DNA of 64,000 nucleotides from Rhodobacterales bacterium (GCA_038257185.1 JBBSJO010000001.1:10665-74664), one strand, 5' to 3'; numbered from the stretch's first letter, positions 45,965 through 56,140 are shown. Notes: generated from the letters alone by a model not told the origin. Translations and numbers: made by a program.

Positions 45965-46062
45965 GAATGTTGCAAAGGGATACTCCGCTTGCTACTCAGA
46001 GAGTATGCGACAAGGTCGGGAGGAGAATCGGCCATCGCCCAACCATTCGTGGAGGAACTCAC

Positions 46063-47049
46063 ATGACATATTTCAGAATCAGCGCGGTCGCCGCGGCCTT
46101 TACAGGCCTATTGGCGTCCACTGGCTTGGCCGAAACGCTCAAGCTGAGCCACCAGTGGTCCGAGGGCGACGTGCGCCACCAGGTCGCACAAATGGTGGCC
46201 GATGACGTGAAGGCGGCGGGCGTCGATCTGGATATCCAGATCTATCCCAACCAGACCCTGTTCAAGGCGCGCGAGCAATACACTCCGCTTTCGCGCGGCC
46301 AACTCGACATGACGATCTTTCCGCTGAGCTATGCAGGCGGCCAGCAGCCGGCCTATAACCTCACCCTGATGCCGGGCCTCGTGAAGAACCACGACCACGG
46401 CGCGCGTCTGTCGCAGTCGCCCTTCATGGACGAGATCCAGACGATCATGGCGGGCGATGACGTCACCACCATCGTGCACGGCTACCTGGCGGGCGGGTTC
46501 GGCTCCAACAAGGGTTGCATCACCGCACCCGAGGACGTGAAAGGCGTGAGCATCCGTGCGGCGGGCAAGTCCTTCGAGCAGATGCTGGCTGGCGCAGGGG
46601 CCTCCATCTCGTCGATGGCGTCGTCCGAAATCTATCCAGCGCTGCAGACCGGCGTGCTGGATGCGACGAATACCTCGTCCGAAAGCTTCGTCAGCTACCG
46701 TCTGTACGAGCAACTGAAGTGTTACACCCCGGCGGGTGAGTACGCGCTGTGGTTCATGTACCAGCCGCTTTTGATGAACAAGACCACCTTCGACGGGTTG
46801 AGCGCCGAGCAGCAGGCCGCGCTGATGGCGGCGGGCGAGAAGGCCGAGGCCTTCTATCTGGAGCAGGCCAAGCAGGGAGACGAGATCGCGGCCATGGCAT
46901 TCGCCGACGCGGGCGTGGAGCTGGCCGAGATGACCGAGGAGAACTTCAACGCCTGGCGCGATCTGGCGAAGACGACCTCCTACCCGGCCTTCGTGGAGGA
47001 GCTGCCGGACGGGCAGAAGCTGCTCGACATGGCCTTGTCGGTCGACTGA
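46063..47049 (+). CDS. TRAP transporter substrate-binding protein (DctP/MatP, probably malonate)
   Basis: Signal peptide, IYP.QTLF, EIY.ALQTGVLD; operon with matA and matB. Confidence 0.9.
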   Translation: MTYFRISAVAAAFTGLLASTGLAETLKLSHQWSEGDVRHQVAQMVADDVKAAGVDLDIQIYPNQTLFKAREQYTPLSRGQLDMTIFPLSYAGGQQPAYNLTLMPGLVKNHDHGARLSQSPFMDEIQTIMAGDDVTTIVHGYLAGGFGSNKGCITAPEDVKGVSIRAAGKSFEQMLAGAGASISSMASSEIYPALQTGVLDATNTSSESFVSYRLYEQLKCYTPAGEYALWFMYQPLLMNKTTFDGLSAEQQAALMAAGEKAEAFYLEQAKQGDEIAAMAFADAGVELAEMTEENFNAWRDLAKTTSYPAFVEELPDGQKLLDMALSVD

Positions 47050-47057
47050 ACTTGACA

Positions 47058-47086
47058 AGGGGCGGCGCGCGCGATGCGCCGCCCCT
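47058..47086 (+). other. mRNA-stabilising hairpin after the binding-protein gene
   Basis: AGGGGCGGCGC-N7-GCGCCGCCCCT. Confidence 0.6.
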
Positions 47087-47119
47087 CACCATTTCGGCCC
47101 CTGACCAAGAGGCGATACC

Positions 47120-47695
47120 TTGTCCGACTCCCCGATTTCCAAAACGCGACGCGCGAGCCCTATGCCGGTGCGGCTGATCTGCATGATCTCGTCGATCTGC
47201 GGCGTGATCGCCTCCTTCATGATCCTCGCCGCCGTGCTGATCACCTGCCAGATGATTTTTGTCCGGGCGGTCCTGAACAAGTCGACCATCTGGCAGACGG
47301 AGGTGGTGATCTTCCTGATGATCGCCGCCACGCTGATCGGTCTGCCTTATGTCCAGAAACTGCGCGGGCACGTAGGTGTCGACCTGCTGCCGACGCTGCT
47401 GCCGCAAAGCATGCGCCGCGCGCTGTCGGCGATCACGCTGATCGTCACCGCCGTGATGATGGTGATCATGCTCTTCTACGGCTACGAGATGTGGCACCTC
47501 GCCTGGGTGCGCAACTGGAAGTCCGAGACGGTGATGGCCTTCCCGCTCTGGATCCCCTACCTCGCCATTCCGGTGGGTTTCGGGCTCTTCGTGCTGCAAC
47601 TGCTGGCGGACATGTGGATGACGATGACGGGTGCCGACATTGACGACAAGGGCATGCCGATCCTTGACCGCGCCGACACCAAGGGAGGCCTGTGA
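47120..47695 (+). CDS. TRAP small permease (DctQ)
   Basis: Four TM segments, GHVGVDLL motif; TTG start. Confidence 0.88.
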   Translation: MSDSPISKTRRASPMPVRLICMISSICGVIASFMILAAVLITCQMIFVRAVLNKSTIWQTEVVIFLMIAATLIGLPYVQKLRGHVGVDLLPTLLPQSMRRALSAITLIVTAVMMVIMLFYGYEMWHLAWVRNWKSETVMAFPLWIPYLAIPVGFGLFVLQLLADMWMTMTGADIDDKGMPILDRADTKGGL

Positions 47696-49014
47696 TGGAA
47701 CCGCTGGTTCTGGGCGGGCTCGTCGCCCTCGCGACAGTGCTGATCCTGTTCTCCGGCGTGCCGGTGGGCGTCGGGCTGCTGATGGTTGCGACCTTCTTTC
47801 TCTATGTCTTCGATGGCCCCCGCAGCCTTCAGGCGCTGCCTGAACTGTTCTACGGCGATCTCAATTCCTTCGCGCTGCTGTCGATCCCGATGTTCATCAT
47901 CATGGGCTCGGCGATATCCTCGACGCGCGCGGGGCCCGACCTTTACGAAGCGCTCGAACGCTGGCTGACGAAGGTACCGGGCGGGCTGGTAGTGTCGAAC
48001 CTCGGGGCCTGCGCGCTTTTCGCCGCCATGTCCGGCTCCTCCCCCGCGACCTGTGCCGCCATCGGCAAGATGGGCATCCCCGAGATGCGCAAGCGCGGCT
48101 ACCCTGACGAAGTCGCCGCAGGCTCCATCGCGGCGGGCGGCACGCTGGGCATCCTGATCCCGCCCTCCGTCACCATGATCGTCTACGGCATCGCGACGGA
48201 GACCAGCATCGGGCGGCTCTTCCTCGCGGGTGTTCTGCCGGGCGTGCTGCTTGTCTCACTCTTCATCGCCTGGGCGATCTTCGACACCTGGCGGCGCGGG
48301 GCCGCGGGCGTGGCCCTGTCGGGCATCACCTACACCTGGGCAGAGCGGTTCGAGATCCTGCCCCGCGTGCTCCCCTTCATCGCGATCATCGCAGGCGTAC
48401 TCTATGCGCTTTACGGCGGGGTTGCGACGCCGTCCGAAACAGCGGCAGTGGGGGCGTTGCTTTGCATCATCGTCGCGGTTGTCGTCTACCGGATGTACCA
48501 GCCCACGGCGCTCTGGGCCGTGCTGAGGGATTCCACGCGGGAATCGGTGATGATCCTGTTCATCATCGGGGCGGCGGGGGTCTTCTCCTTCATGCTGTCC
48601 TCGCTCTTCGTGACGCAGTCGGTGGCAGCATGGATCGCCGATCTGGATGTGAACCGCTGGGTGCTGATGGGCATCATCAACCTCTTCCTGCTGGTTGCGG
48701 GTTTCTTCCTGCCCCCGGTGGCAGTGATCCTGATGTCCGCGCCGATCCTGCTGCCGATCATCACCACGGCGGGGTTCGATCCCTATTGGTTCGCGGTGAT
48801 CGTGACGATCAACATGGAGATCGGGCTTATCACGCCGCCCGTGGGTCTGAATCTCTACGTGATCAACGGCATCGCTCCGGACATCTCATTGAAGAAGATC
48901 CTCGTCGGATCGTTTCCCTTCGTGCTCTGCATGGTGCTGGCCATCGTGATCCTGTCGGCCTTCCCGGGGATCGTGACCTGGCTGCCGGATGTCGTCATGG
49001 GTCCGGAGATATAG
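47695..49014 (+). CDS. TRAP large permease (DctM)
   Basis: LLSIPMFI, MSGSSPAT, GTLGILIPPS, ITPPVG.NL. Confidence 0.93.
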   Translation: MEPLVLGGLVALATVLILFSGVPVGVGLLMVATFFLYVFDGPRSLQALPELFYGDLNSFALLSIPMFIIMGSAISSTRAGPDLYEALERWLTKVPGGLVVSNLGACALFAAMSGSSPATCAAIGKMGIPEMRKRGYPDEVAAGSIAAGGTLGILIPPSVTMIVYGIATETSIGRLFLAGVLPGVLLVSLFIAWAIFDTWRRGAAGVALSGITYTWAERFEILPRVLPFIAIIAGVLYALYGGVATPSETAAVGALLCIIVAVVVYRMYQPTALWAVLRDSTRESVMILFIIGAAGVFSFMLSSLFVTQSVAAWIADLDVNRWVLMGIINLFLLVAGFFLPPVAVILMSAPILLPIITTAGFDPYWFAVIVTINMEIGLITPPVGLNLYVINGIAPDISLKKILVGSFPFVLCMVLAIVILSAFPGIVTWLPDVVMGPEI

Positions 49015-49027
49015 GATGGATGGTGCG

Positions 49028-50296
49028 ATGAACCGGGCGGGGGGAATCCTCAACGACCTGATCGAGCGTGTGACGGACGCGGGCCGCGGGCTGATGAAGT
49101 CGGCCCCCAAGGGCGACATCTCTGCGATGTGCGAGGCGCTCGTTAGCGGGAAGGGCGAGGCGACCGGGCTGGCGCAGGCGAAAGCGATCTTCGATCTCTA
49201 CTCGAACTTGCCGGCAGAAAAGAAACGCGCGTTCTTCGAGATGCTGCGCGACCGCTTCGGGGTGGACCGGGAGCGCACGGAAGCGGTGCTGAACGATACC
49301 AGCGACACCTCCCTGCGCCGGTTGCACGCCGCGTCAGAGCCACGTTCGCAGGAGCTGGTCCGACGCCTGAACCGCGCGCCCGGTGGGACCATGCAGCTCG
49401 TGGCGATGCGGCGGGACCTGCTGGGGTTCATGGATGCCGATCCTTCCCTCAAACCGCTGGACGACGATTTCCGGCACCTGTTCGGGTCTTGGTTCAACCG
49501 GGGTTTCCTCGAATTGCGGAGCATCAGCTGGTTCACCTCCGCCGCGATCCTCGAAAAGATCATCCAGTACGAGGCGGTGCACGAAATCACCGGCTGGAAC
49601 GATCTGCGCCGCCGCGTGGCGGCACCCGACCGGAGGCTCTATGCCTTCTTCCATCCCGCCTTGCCCGACGACCCGCTGATCTTCGTCGAGGTGGCGCTGA
49701 CCGAGGACATCCCCGGCAACATCGGTGCCATCCTCGCCCCCGAACGCGACATGCTGCCGCCCGACAGTGCGGAAACGGCGGTATTCTATTCGATATCCAA
49801 CTGTCAGGACGGGCTGCGTGGTATTTCCTTCGGCAACTTCCTGATCAAGCAGGTGGTCGAGGAGCTGCGGCGCGATTTCACCAACCTCGATACCTTCGTC
49901 ACCCTGTCGCCGGTGCCGGGACTGCGCAAATGGGCGCTGGGACAGCGCGCGGGGGGAAACCTGCCCGACAGACTCGCGCATGTGGTGGAAGAAGCCGAAG
50001 CGGGCGCAAACCCGCCGGGCCTTTCGGAACTCACCGCGCATTACATGCTGGTCGCCCGTTCCCCGCGCGGAGGCGCGACCGACCCGGTGGCGCGCTTCCA
50101 CCTCGGCAACGGGGCGCGGCTGGAGAAAATCCACCTCGGCGCGGACGCCAGCGCAAGGGGGCAGGAGGCCTCATGGGGTGTGATGGTGAACTACCTCTAT
50201 GATCTCGCGACGATCGAGCGCAACCACGAAGCCTATTCGACCGCCGATGACATCATCGCCGCGCCTGCCGTGCGGCGGCTGGCGAAGACACGCTGA
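49028..50296 (+). CDS. matA: Malonyl-CoA decarboxylase
   Basis: YEAVHEI, FYSISNCQ.GL.GISFGNFLIK, TLSPVPG, DPVARFHL.NGA. Confidence 0.93.
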   Translation: MNRAGGILNDLIERVTDAGRGLMKSAPKGDISAMCEALVSGKGEATGLAQAKAIFDLYSNLPAEKKRAFFEMLRDRFGVDRERTEAVLNDTSDTSLRRLHAASEPRSQELVRRLNRAPGGTMQLVAMRRDLLGFMDADPSLKPLDDDFRHLFGSWFNRGFLELRSISWFTSAAILEKIIQYEAVHEITGWNDLRRRVAAPDRRLYAFFHPALPDDPLIFVEVALTEDIPGNIGAILAPERDMLPPDSAETAVFYSISNCQDGLRGISFGNFLIKQVVEELRRDFTNLDTFVTLSPVPGLRKWALGQRAGGNLPDRLAHVVEEAEAGANPPGLSELTAHYMLVARSPRGGATDPVARFHLGNGARLEKIHLGADASARGQEASWGVMVNYLYDLATIERNHEAYSTADDIIAAPAVRRLAKTR

Positions 50297-50310
50297 GAAG
50301 GACGAAATTC

Positions 50311-51828
50311 ATGTACGATTCCAACCACCTGGCAAAAGCGATGCGGGCGGCCTCCCTCGGGCGTGAGGATGCGACGTTCTCCACCGACGCGGTGAGCGGT
50401 GCCGTCACCAGCCTCGGCACGCTTTGGGGGAACGCGGAGCGCGTTGCCGGGGCGTTGGTGGCCCTGGGGGTGGAGCCCGGCGACCGCGTGGCCGTGCAGG
50501 CGGACAAGTCCATCGAGATCATCGAGCTTTACCTCGGCACGCTGCTGGCGGGGGCGATTCACCTGCCGTTGAACACGGGCTACACGGCGGCTGAGGTGGG
50601 GTACTTTCTTACGGACGCGTCCCCCCGCGTCTTCGTCTGCGATCCGGCCAAGGAAGCGGACCTCGGGGACGTGATCAAGGCGGCGGGCGTCGGGACGGTG
50701 CTGACGCTCGACAAGGCGGGCGCAGGGACGCTGACGAAAGCGGTGGCGGAGGCCACGCCGCTGGCGGAGGCCGTGGCGCGCGGGAAGGGAGACCTTGCCG
50801 CGTTCCTCTATACCTCCGGCACGACGGGGCGGTCCAAGGGCGCGATGCTGAGCCACGGCAACCTCGCCTCCAACGCTGAAACGCTGCGCAAACTATGGCA
50901 GTTCACCGAGCGGGACGTGCTGATCCACGCGCTCCCGCTGTTCCACACACACGGGCTGTTCGTGGCGATCAATGTCATGCTGACGGCGGGCGGGTCGATC
51001 ATCCTGCATCGCGGTTTCGACCCGGACGCGATCCTTGACGATTTCGCCCGCGCAACGTCGATGATGGGAGTGCCGACCTTCTACACCCGCCTGCTGGCCC
51101 ATCCAGGACTCACGCGGGAAGTGGCGGAGGGCATGCGCCTTTTCGTTTCCGGCTCCGCGCCGATGCTGACGGACACCCACCACCAGTGGCAGGACCGCAC
51201 CGGGCACACCGTGCTGGAACGCTACGGCATGACCGAGACCTGCATGAACACCTCAAACCCCTACGACGGCACGCGCAAGCCCGGCACCGTTGGGTTGCCG
51301 CTGGAGGGCGTCGAAGTGCGGCTCGCCACGCCGATGGGCGAGCTACTTCCCGCAGGCGAGGCCGGCGGGATCGAGGTGCGCGGGCCGAACGTGTTCCGGG
51401 GCTATTGGAACATGCCCGAAAAAACGGCGGAGGAGCTGCGCCCCGACGGCTGGTTCATCACCGGCGATATTGGAGAGATCGACGCGGATGGCTATCTGAC
51501 CATCGTGGGGCGGTCCAAGGACCTGATCATTTCAGGCGGGTACAACATCTATCCCAAGGAGATCGAGACGCTTGTGGACGGGGTCGACGGCGTGGTTGAA
51601 AGTGCTGCCTTCGGCGTGCCGGATGCGGACTTCGGCGAGAGTGTCGCCGTGGCCGTGGTCCGCGAAGAGGGGAGCGACCTGACCTCCGAAGCTATTCTGG
51701 AGGCCGTGTCGGACGATCTGGCACGCTTCAAGCATCCGCGCCGGATCTTCTTCCTAGATGCCTTGCCGCGTAACACGATGGGCAAGGTGCAAAAGAACGT
51801 ACTGCGGACGGAGCATGGGCAAGGTTGA
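50311..51828 (+). CDS. matB: Malonyl-CoA synthetase
   Basis: YTSGTTGRSKG, HALPLFHTHGLFV, ERYGMTET, MGKVQKN. Confidence 0.93.
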   Translation: MYDSNHLAKAMRAASLGREDATFSTDAVSGAVTSLGTLWGNAERVAGALVALGVEPGDRVAVQADKSIEIIELYLGTLLAGAIHLPLNTGYTAAEVGYFLTDASPRVFVCDPAKEADLGDVIKAAGVGTVLTLDKAGAGTLTKAVAEATPLAEAVARGKGDLAAFLYTSGTTGRSKGAMLSHGNLASNAETLRKLWQFTERDVLIHALPLFHTHGLFVAINVMLTAGGSIILHRGFDPDAILDDFARATSMMGVPTFYTRLLAHPGLTREVAEGMRLFVSGSAPMLTDTHHQWQDRTGHTVLERYGMTETCMNTSNPYDGTRKPGTVGLPLEGVEVRLATPMGELLPAGEAGGIEVRGPNVFRGYWNMPEKTAEELRPDGWFITGDIGEIDADGYLTIVGRSKDLIISGGYNIYPKEIETLVDGVDGVVESAAFGVPDADFGESVAVAVVREEGSDLTSEAILEAVSDDLARFKHPRRIFFLDALPRNTMGKVQKNVLRTEHGQG

Positions 51829-51843
51829 TGGGTCAAGGTGACG

Positions 51844-51857
51844 GGTGCGCGCACCCA
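51844..51857. terminator. Palindromic hairpin between convergent matB and anbu
   Basis: GGGTGC-GC-GCACCC. Confidence 0.4.
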
Positions 51858-51867
51858 TCGCGTGGGT

Positions 51868-52599
51868 TCAAATCTTGTAGCTCGGCAGCAGTTGGAACGC
51901 ATTGCGCAGCGACTCGCCCCAGCCGTTCGAGATGACCTGATAGACCTCGTCGTCCTTGTTGATCCGCTTCCGGCGGCTGAGATCGAAGGATTCGTTCTCA
52001 TAGATCTGCACATCAATCGGCAGCCCCACAGACAGGTTGGACTTGATCGTTGAATCGAAGGACACGATCAGCAGCTTCAACGCCTCGTCGAACTCCATCG
52101 CAGGGTCATAGGCACGCACGAGGATTGGCTTGCCGTACTTGGCTTCGCCCACCTGAAAATACGGCGTGTCGTCGGTGATCTCGATGAAGTTGCCTTCGGG
52201 GTAGATCAGGAAGATCGTGGGGCGCCCGCCCTTGATCTGGCCGCCGATGACGACCGAGGCGCGGAACTGGTCATCCGAGGTCTGACCCTCGGGCGACGTA
52301 TCATGGATCACCTCTTTGAGCGTGGCCCCGACAAGACGCGCGACCTGGAACATCGTGGGCTGGCGCAGGATCGAGGGATCACGCTCCGCCCCGGCTTTGG
52401 AACGCTCTTCCAGCAGGCTGATCATCGACTGCGTGGTGGCAAGGTTCCCGGCGGTCATCATGATGATCGCCCGCTCGCCCGGGACGCACCAGGAAAACAT
52501 CTTCTTGCTGGTTGAGAAGTTGTCCACCCCCGCGCTGGTACGGGTGTCGGACATGAAGACAAGTCCGTGGTTCAGCCGCATGCCGATGCAGTAGGTCAT
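51868..52599 (-). CDS. Proteasome-type (Anbu) peptidase
   Basis: M-TYCIG start with catalytic Thr1, SDTRT.AGVD, GNLAT.Q, GE.KYGKPIL. Confidence 0.92.
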   Translation of the reverse strand: MTYCIGMRLNHGLVFMSDTRTSAGVDNFSTSKKMFSWCVPGERAIIMMTAGNLATTQSMISLLEERSKAGAERDPSILRQPTMFQVARLVGATLKEVIHDTSPEGQTSDDQFRASVVIGGQIKGGRPTIFLIYPEGNFIEITDDTPYFQVGEAKYGKPILVRAYDPAMEFDEALKLLIVSFDSTIKSNLSVGLPIDVQIYENESFDLSRRKRINKDDEVYQVISNGWGESLRNAFQLLPSYKI

Positions 52600-52633
52600 C
52601 TTGATTCGCCTGTGGGGAAAGCCCAATGCCTGA

Positions 52634-53431
52634 TTACTGCTGCACCTGCAAAGATACAATCAACGTCTCTTCCGCAGAGCCCATTCGCAGCCCTTCCACG
52701 GGCGATGCGTCGCGGGCATCGCGCCCGATGGCGAGCCGCACGTAGCGTTCGTCCGGGGAGACACCGTTGGAGACGTCGAAGCCGACCCATCCAAGCCCGG
52801 GCACATGGGCTTCGGCCCAGGCATGGGTCGCTTCCTGATCGATCCGGTCGTTCATCTTGAGATAGCCGCTGACATAGCGGGCAGGAATGCCCGACAACCG
52901 CGCGGCGGAACAGAAGATCTGGGCGTGATCCTGACAGACCCCGCGACCGCCCTTCATCGCCGCCTCTGCCGTCGTGCCCGCGTGGGTACCGCCGGTCTCG
53001 TAAGGCACCACCTTCAGGATCGCGGCAGACAACCCGTGCAGGCGGCGCACCATCTCGTTCTCGTCGCCTCCTATGGAGGGAAGCGCGCGGATCGCCTCTC
53101 CGGCGGTTGTCGCTGCGGTGGGCTGGAGGAAATGCCAAAGCGGTGCCCGCCCGTAAACCGGCCCCAGGATGCCTGTCGTCACGAGGGTCGAAACCGTCCC
53201 CGACGCCCGCAGCGTCAGAGCCTGGGCACCCGGATCGATACTGACGAGGTCGACATGGTTGCCGTAGTGATCGATATAGCTGGTCTCAAGCTTGCCACCG
53301 GTGATCTCGATATTCCAGGCCGCCAGCTCCTGCATGGTGGACGGCAGGGGCCGCAGGCGCACTTTCTGCAGCGCGTAGTCGACGGGCGCGCTGTAGCTGT
53401 ACTCGGTGGTATGATTGATCCTGAGTTCCAT
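52634..53431 (-). CDS. Transglutaminase-like protein
   Basis: H.TEYSY N-terminal domain; catalytic triad GVCQD / HAW / FD. Confidence 0.93.
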   Translation of the reverse strand: MELRINHTTEYSYSAPVDYALQKVRLRPLPSTMQELAAWNIEITGGKLETSYIDHYGNHVDLVSIDPGAQALTLRASGTVSTLVTTGILGPVYGRAPLWHFLQPTAATTAGEAIRALPSIGGDENEMVRRLHGLSAAILKVVPYETGGTHAGTTAEAAMKGGRGVCQDHAQIFCSAARLSGIPARYVSGYLKMNDRIDQEATHAWAEAHVPGLGWVGFDVSNGVSPDERYVRLAIGRDARDASPVEGLRMGSAEETLIVSLQVQQ

Positions 53432-54373
53432 TCAGCTGATGAACCTGTAATCGCGCTCGATCTGCTGGGCCAGTTGCGCAGTATCGTCGAGAACTCCGCC
53501 GATGAATTCATGCAGCCCCTCGTCGAAGATCGACGTGATGTTCCGGTTGCGCAGGCGCGCGTGCAGGGCGGCCGCCTTCTCCTGCGCCGGGGAGCGGCCG
53601 TTGTAATCCTCTGCGATCTGATCGAGGTGCGCCACGATCTGGCCAGCACAGAACGACAGGGAGCGGGGCATCCGTCGGTCGAGGATCAGGAAATCCGCGA
53701 TGGCGGGGGCGGTGAAGTCGTCCTCTACGGCCCAGCGGAATGACCGGTGAGCCGAAACCGAACGCAGCAGGGTTTCCCACTGCACGTTATCGAGCCTGCT
53801 GCCCACGAAGGCGGGCGAGGGCAGGAGCGAATAATATTTCACGTCGATGATCCGAGCGGTGCTGTCGATGCGTTCGATGAAGGTGCCCAGGCAGCAGAAA
53901 TCGTAGATGTCATTGCGCAGCATGGTGCCATGCAGTGCCCCGCGTACCAGCCCTGACTGCTGCCGGATTGTGGCGAGCACGGCGGGCAACTCGGTTTCCG
54001 GGATCGGCTCCTTCAGAAGGTCCGTGAACAGCATCCAGGTCTCGTTGATCGCCGCCCAGACCTCGGTCGTGATCGCCGTGCGCACCAGCCGCGCGTTGTC
54101 GCGGGCGGATTTGATCACGGACAGGACGGAACTTGGGTTGGACGGATCGCGCAGCAGAAAATCGATCACCTGCGCGCTGCCGTACTGGTCGTGTCTGGCT
54201 TCGAATGGCCCTTGAGCCGCGGATGTCACGATGACCGACTTCCACTCCGCCTCGGCATTGCTGGACCGGGTCAGTGCGATGCGGAACCCCGCCTCGATCA
54301 GCCGCGCGGTATTCTCAGCCCGCTCAAGGGAGCGGAACATCCAGTAGAGGCCCCCTGCGGTCTTTCCCAGCAT
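53432..54373 (-). CDS. Alpha-E domain protein
   Basis: LYWMFR.LERAENTAR, AR.NAR.VR, GTFIER.D, PRSL.FC. Confidence 0.93.
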   Translation of the reverse strand: MLGKTAGGLYWMFRSLERAENTARLIEAGFRIALTRSSNAEAEWKSVIVTSAAQGPFEARHDQYGSAQVIDFLLRDPSNPSSVLSVIKSARDNARLVRTAITTEVWAAINETWMLFTDLLKEPIPETELPAVLATIRQQSGLVRGALHGTMLRNDIYDFCCLGTFIERIDSTARIIDVKYYSLLPSPAFVGSRLDNVQWETLLRSVSAHRSFRWAVEDDFTAPAIADFLILDRRMPRSLSFCAGQIVAHLDQIAEDYNGRSPAQEKAAALHARLRNRNITSIFDEGLHEFIGGVLDDTAQLAQQIERDYRFIS

Positions 54374-55797
54374 CAGTCTTCCAGTACCCAGGTGTCTTTG
54401 GTGCCGCCGCCTTGGCTTGAGTTCACCACCAGCGATCCCTCCTTGAGCGCCACGCGCGTCAGTCCCCCCGGCGTGATGTTCACGCCACGCGGACTGACCA
54501 GCGCGAAGGGGCGCAGATCGACGTGGCGCGGGGCAAGGCCCGCGTCAGTCAGGATCGGCACGGTGGAAAGCGCCAGCGTGGGCTGGGCGATGTAGTTCGA
54601 CGGGCGCGCCTTGAGCTTGTCGGCGAAATCCGCGATCTCCTTCTTGCTCGCGGCAGGGCCCACCAGCATGCCGTAGCCACCCGAGCCATGGACTTCCTTG
54701 ACGACGAGATCCTTGAGGTTGTCGATCACGTACTTCAGGCTGTCGGCCTCCGAGCAGCGGAAGGTCTCCACGTTCTTCAGGATCGCCCGTTCGCCGGTGT
54801 AGAATTCCACGATGGCCGGGACATAGCTGTAGATCGCCTTGTCATCCGCCACCCCGGTGCCCGGAGCGTTGGCGATGGTGATGTTGCCCGCGCGGTACAC
54901 ATCCATGATCCCCGGCACGCCCAGCATGGAGTTCGGGTTGAAGGTGAGCGGATCGAGGTATTCGTCGTCGACCCTGCGGTAGATCACATCGATGACCTTG
55001 TAGCCGCGCGTGGTACGCATTGCGATGCGCCCGTCCACGACACGCAGGTCATGCCCCTCCACCAATTCCACGCCCATCTGGTCGGCCAGAAAGCTGTGTT
55101 CGAAATAGGCGGAGTTATGAATCCCCGGCGTCAGGACCACCACGCAGGGCCGCCCTGTGCAGGAGGTGGGGGCGGAGGCTTCGAGAGAGCGGCGCAGGTT
55201 CTTGGGGTAGTCACTGACCGGCTGCACCTTGATCGTGCTGAACAGCTCCGGAAACATCTGCAACATCGTCTCGCGGTTTTCGAGCATGTAGCTGACACCC
55301 GAGGGCGTGCGCGCATTGTCTTCCAGAACGAAGAAGTCATCCTCGCCGGTGCGCACGATGTCGGTGCCGACGATGTGAGTATAGACGTCACCCGGCGGGG
55401 TGAAATCCATCATCTGCGGCAGGAAGGCATCGTTGTGGGCGATCAGCTCCGTCGGGATGATGCCCGCGCGCAGGATTTCCTGACGGTTGTAGATGTCATG
55501 CAGGAAGGCGTTGATCGCCGTCACCCGCTGTTCGATGCCCTTCGACAGCCGCGTCCATTCGCGGGCCGACAGGATACGCGGCACCAGATCGAAAGGGATC
55601 AGCCGCTCTTCCGCGTCGGCCTGCCCGTAGACGTTGAAGGTGATGCCGGTGCGGCGGAAGAAAGCTTCCGCCTCCTTCGACTTGCGTGACAGCCGATCGT
55701 TGTTCTGAGCGCAGAACCAATCATTGTACTTGCCGTAGGGGTGGCGGGGGCCACCCTCGGAGAGCATTTCGCTGAAATATGAATTGTCCTGCGTCAT
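54373..55797 (-). CDS. Circularly permuted type 2 ATP-grasp protein
   Basis: GITFNVYG, PFDLVPRI, LEDNARTPSGVSY, HVDLRPF, NSSQGGG.KDTWV. Confidence 0.94.
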   Translation of the reverse strand: MTQDNSYFSEMLSEGGPRHPYGKYNDWFCAQNNDRLSRKSKEAEAFFRRTGITFNVYGQADAEERLIPFDLVPRILSAREWTRLSKGIEQRVTAINAFLHDIYNRQEILRAGIIPTELIAHNDAFLPQMMDFTPPGDVYTHIVGTDIVRTGEDDFFVLEDNARTPSGVSYMLENRETMLQMFPELFSTIKVQPVSDYPKNLRRSLEASAPTSCTGRPCVVVLTPGIHNSAYFEHSFLADQMGVELVEGHDLRVVDGRIAMRTTRGYKVIDVIYRRVDDEYLDPLTFNPNSMLGVPGIMDVYRAGNITIANAPGTGVADDKAIYSYVPAIVEFYTGERAILKNVETFRCSEADSLKYVIDNLKDLVVKEVHGSGGYGMLVGPAASKKEIADFADKLKARPSNYIAQPTLALSTVPILTDAGLAPRHVDLRPFALVSPRGVNITPGGLTRVALKEGSLVVNSSQGGGTKDTWVLED

Positions 55798-55877
55798 TGC
55801 CTCAGCTTAACGCTTTGCGGGGCGTTGGCAACGGCACCTCTGCGGCGCAGAATGGCGGGATCAATCAATTGCGTCAC

Positions 55878-55894
55878 TGCTTATTATTTAAGCA
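55878..55894. promoter_or_regulatory. NtrC-like operator upstream of the Anbu operon
   Basis: TGCTTA-TTATT-TAAGCA, a 17-bp GC-N11-GC palindrome; a weaker second site lies at 55841-55857. Confidence 0.6.
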
Positions 55895-56009
55895 CATCGC
55901 AGCGCGTCGACGGCTGTTTTCCGGCTTTTCACAGCACATCTGCTGAAGAGATCACTGGTGACCTAAGGTAAGCCACTTGGTTCGCAGCATTTTTGTCCGC
56001 CGACAGAGG

Positions 56010-56140
56010 CTGCCGGAACCTTCTGGTGTTTTCATGTATGTGTGCGTGGATGCCTGCTGCCTTGGCATGGTGACAAACTGCCCCTTGTCATGCACATTGC
56101 CAAGGACGACGAGAGCGGCATCGTAAATCAGCACGTTCCT
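56010..56140 (-). pseudogene. Possible fragment of an NTF2/SnoaL-like (DUF4440) gene
   Basis: NVLIYDAALVVLGNVHDKGQF...STHTYMKTPEG resembles the C-terminal beta-strands of that fold; no start or RBS. Confidence 0.35.
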
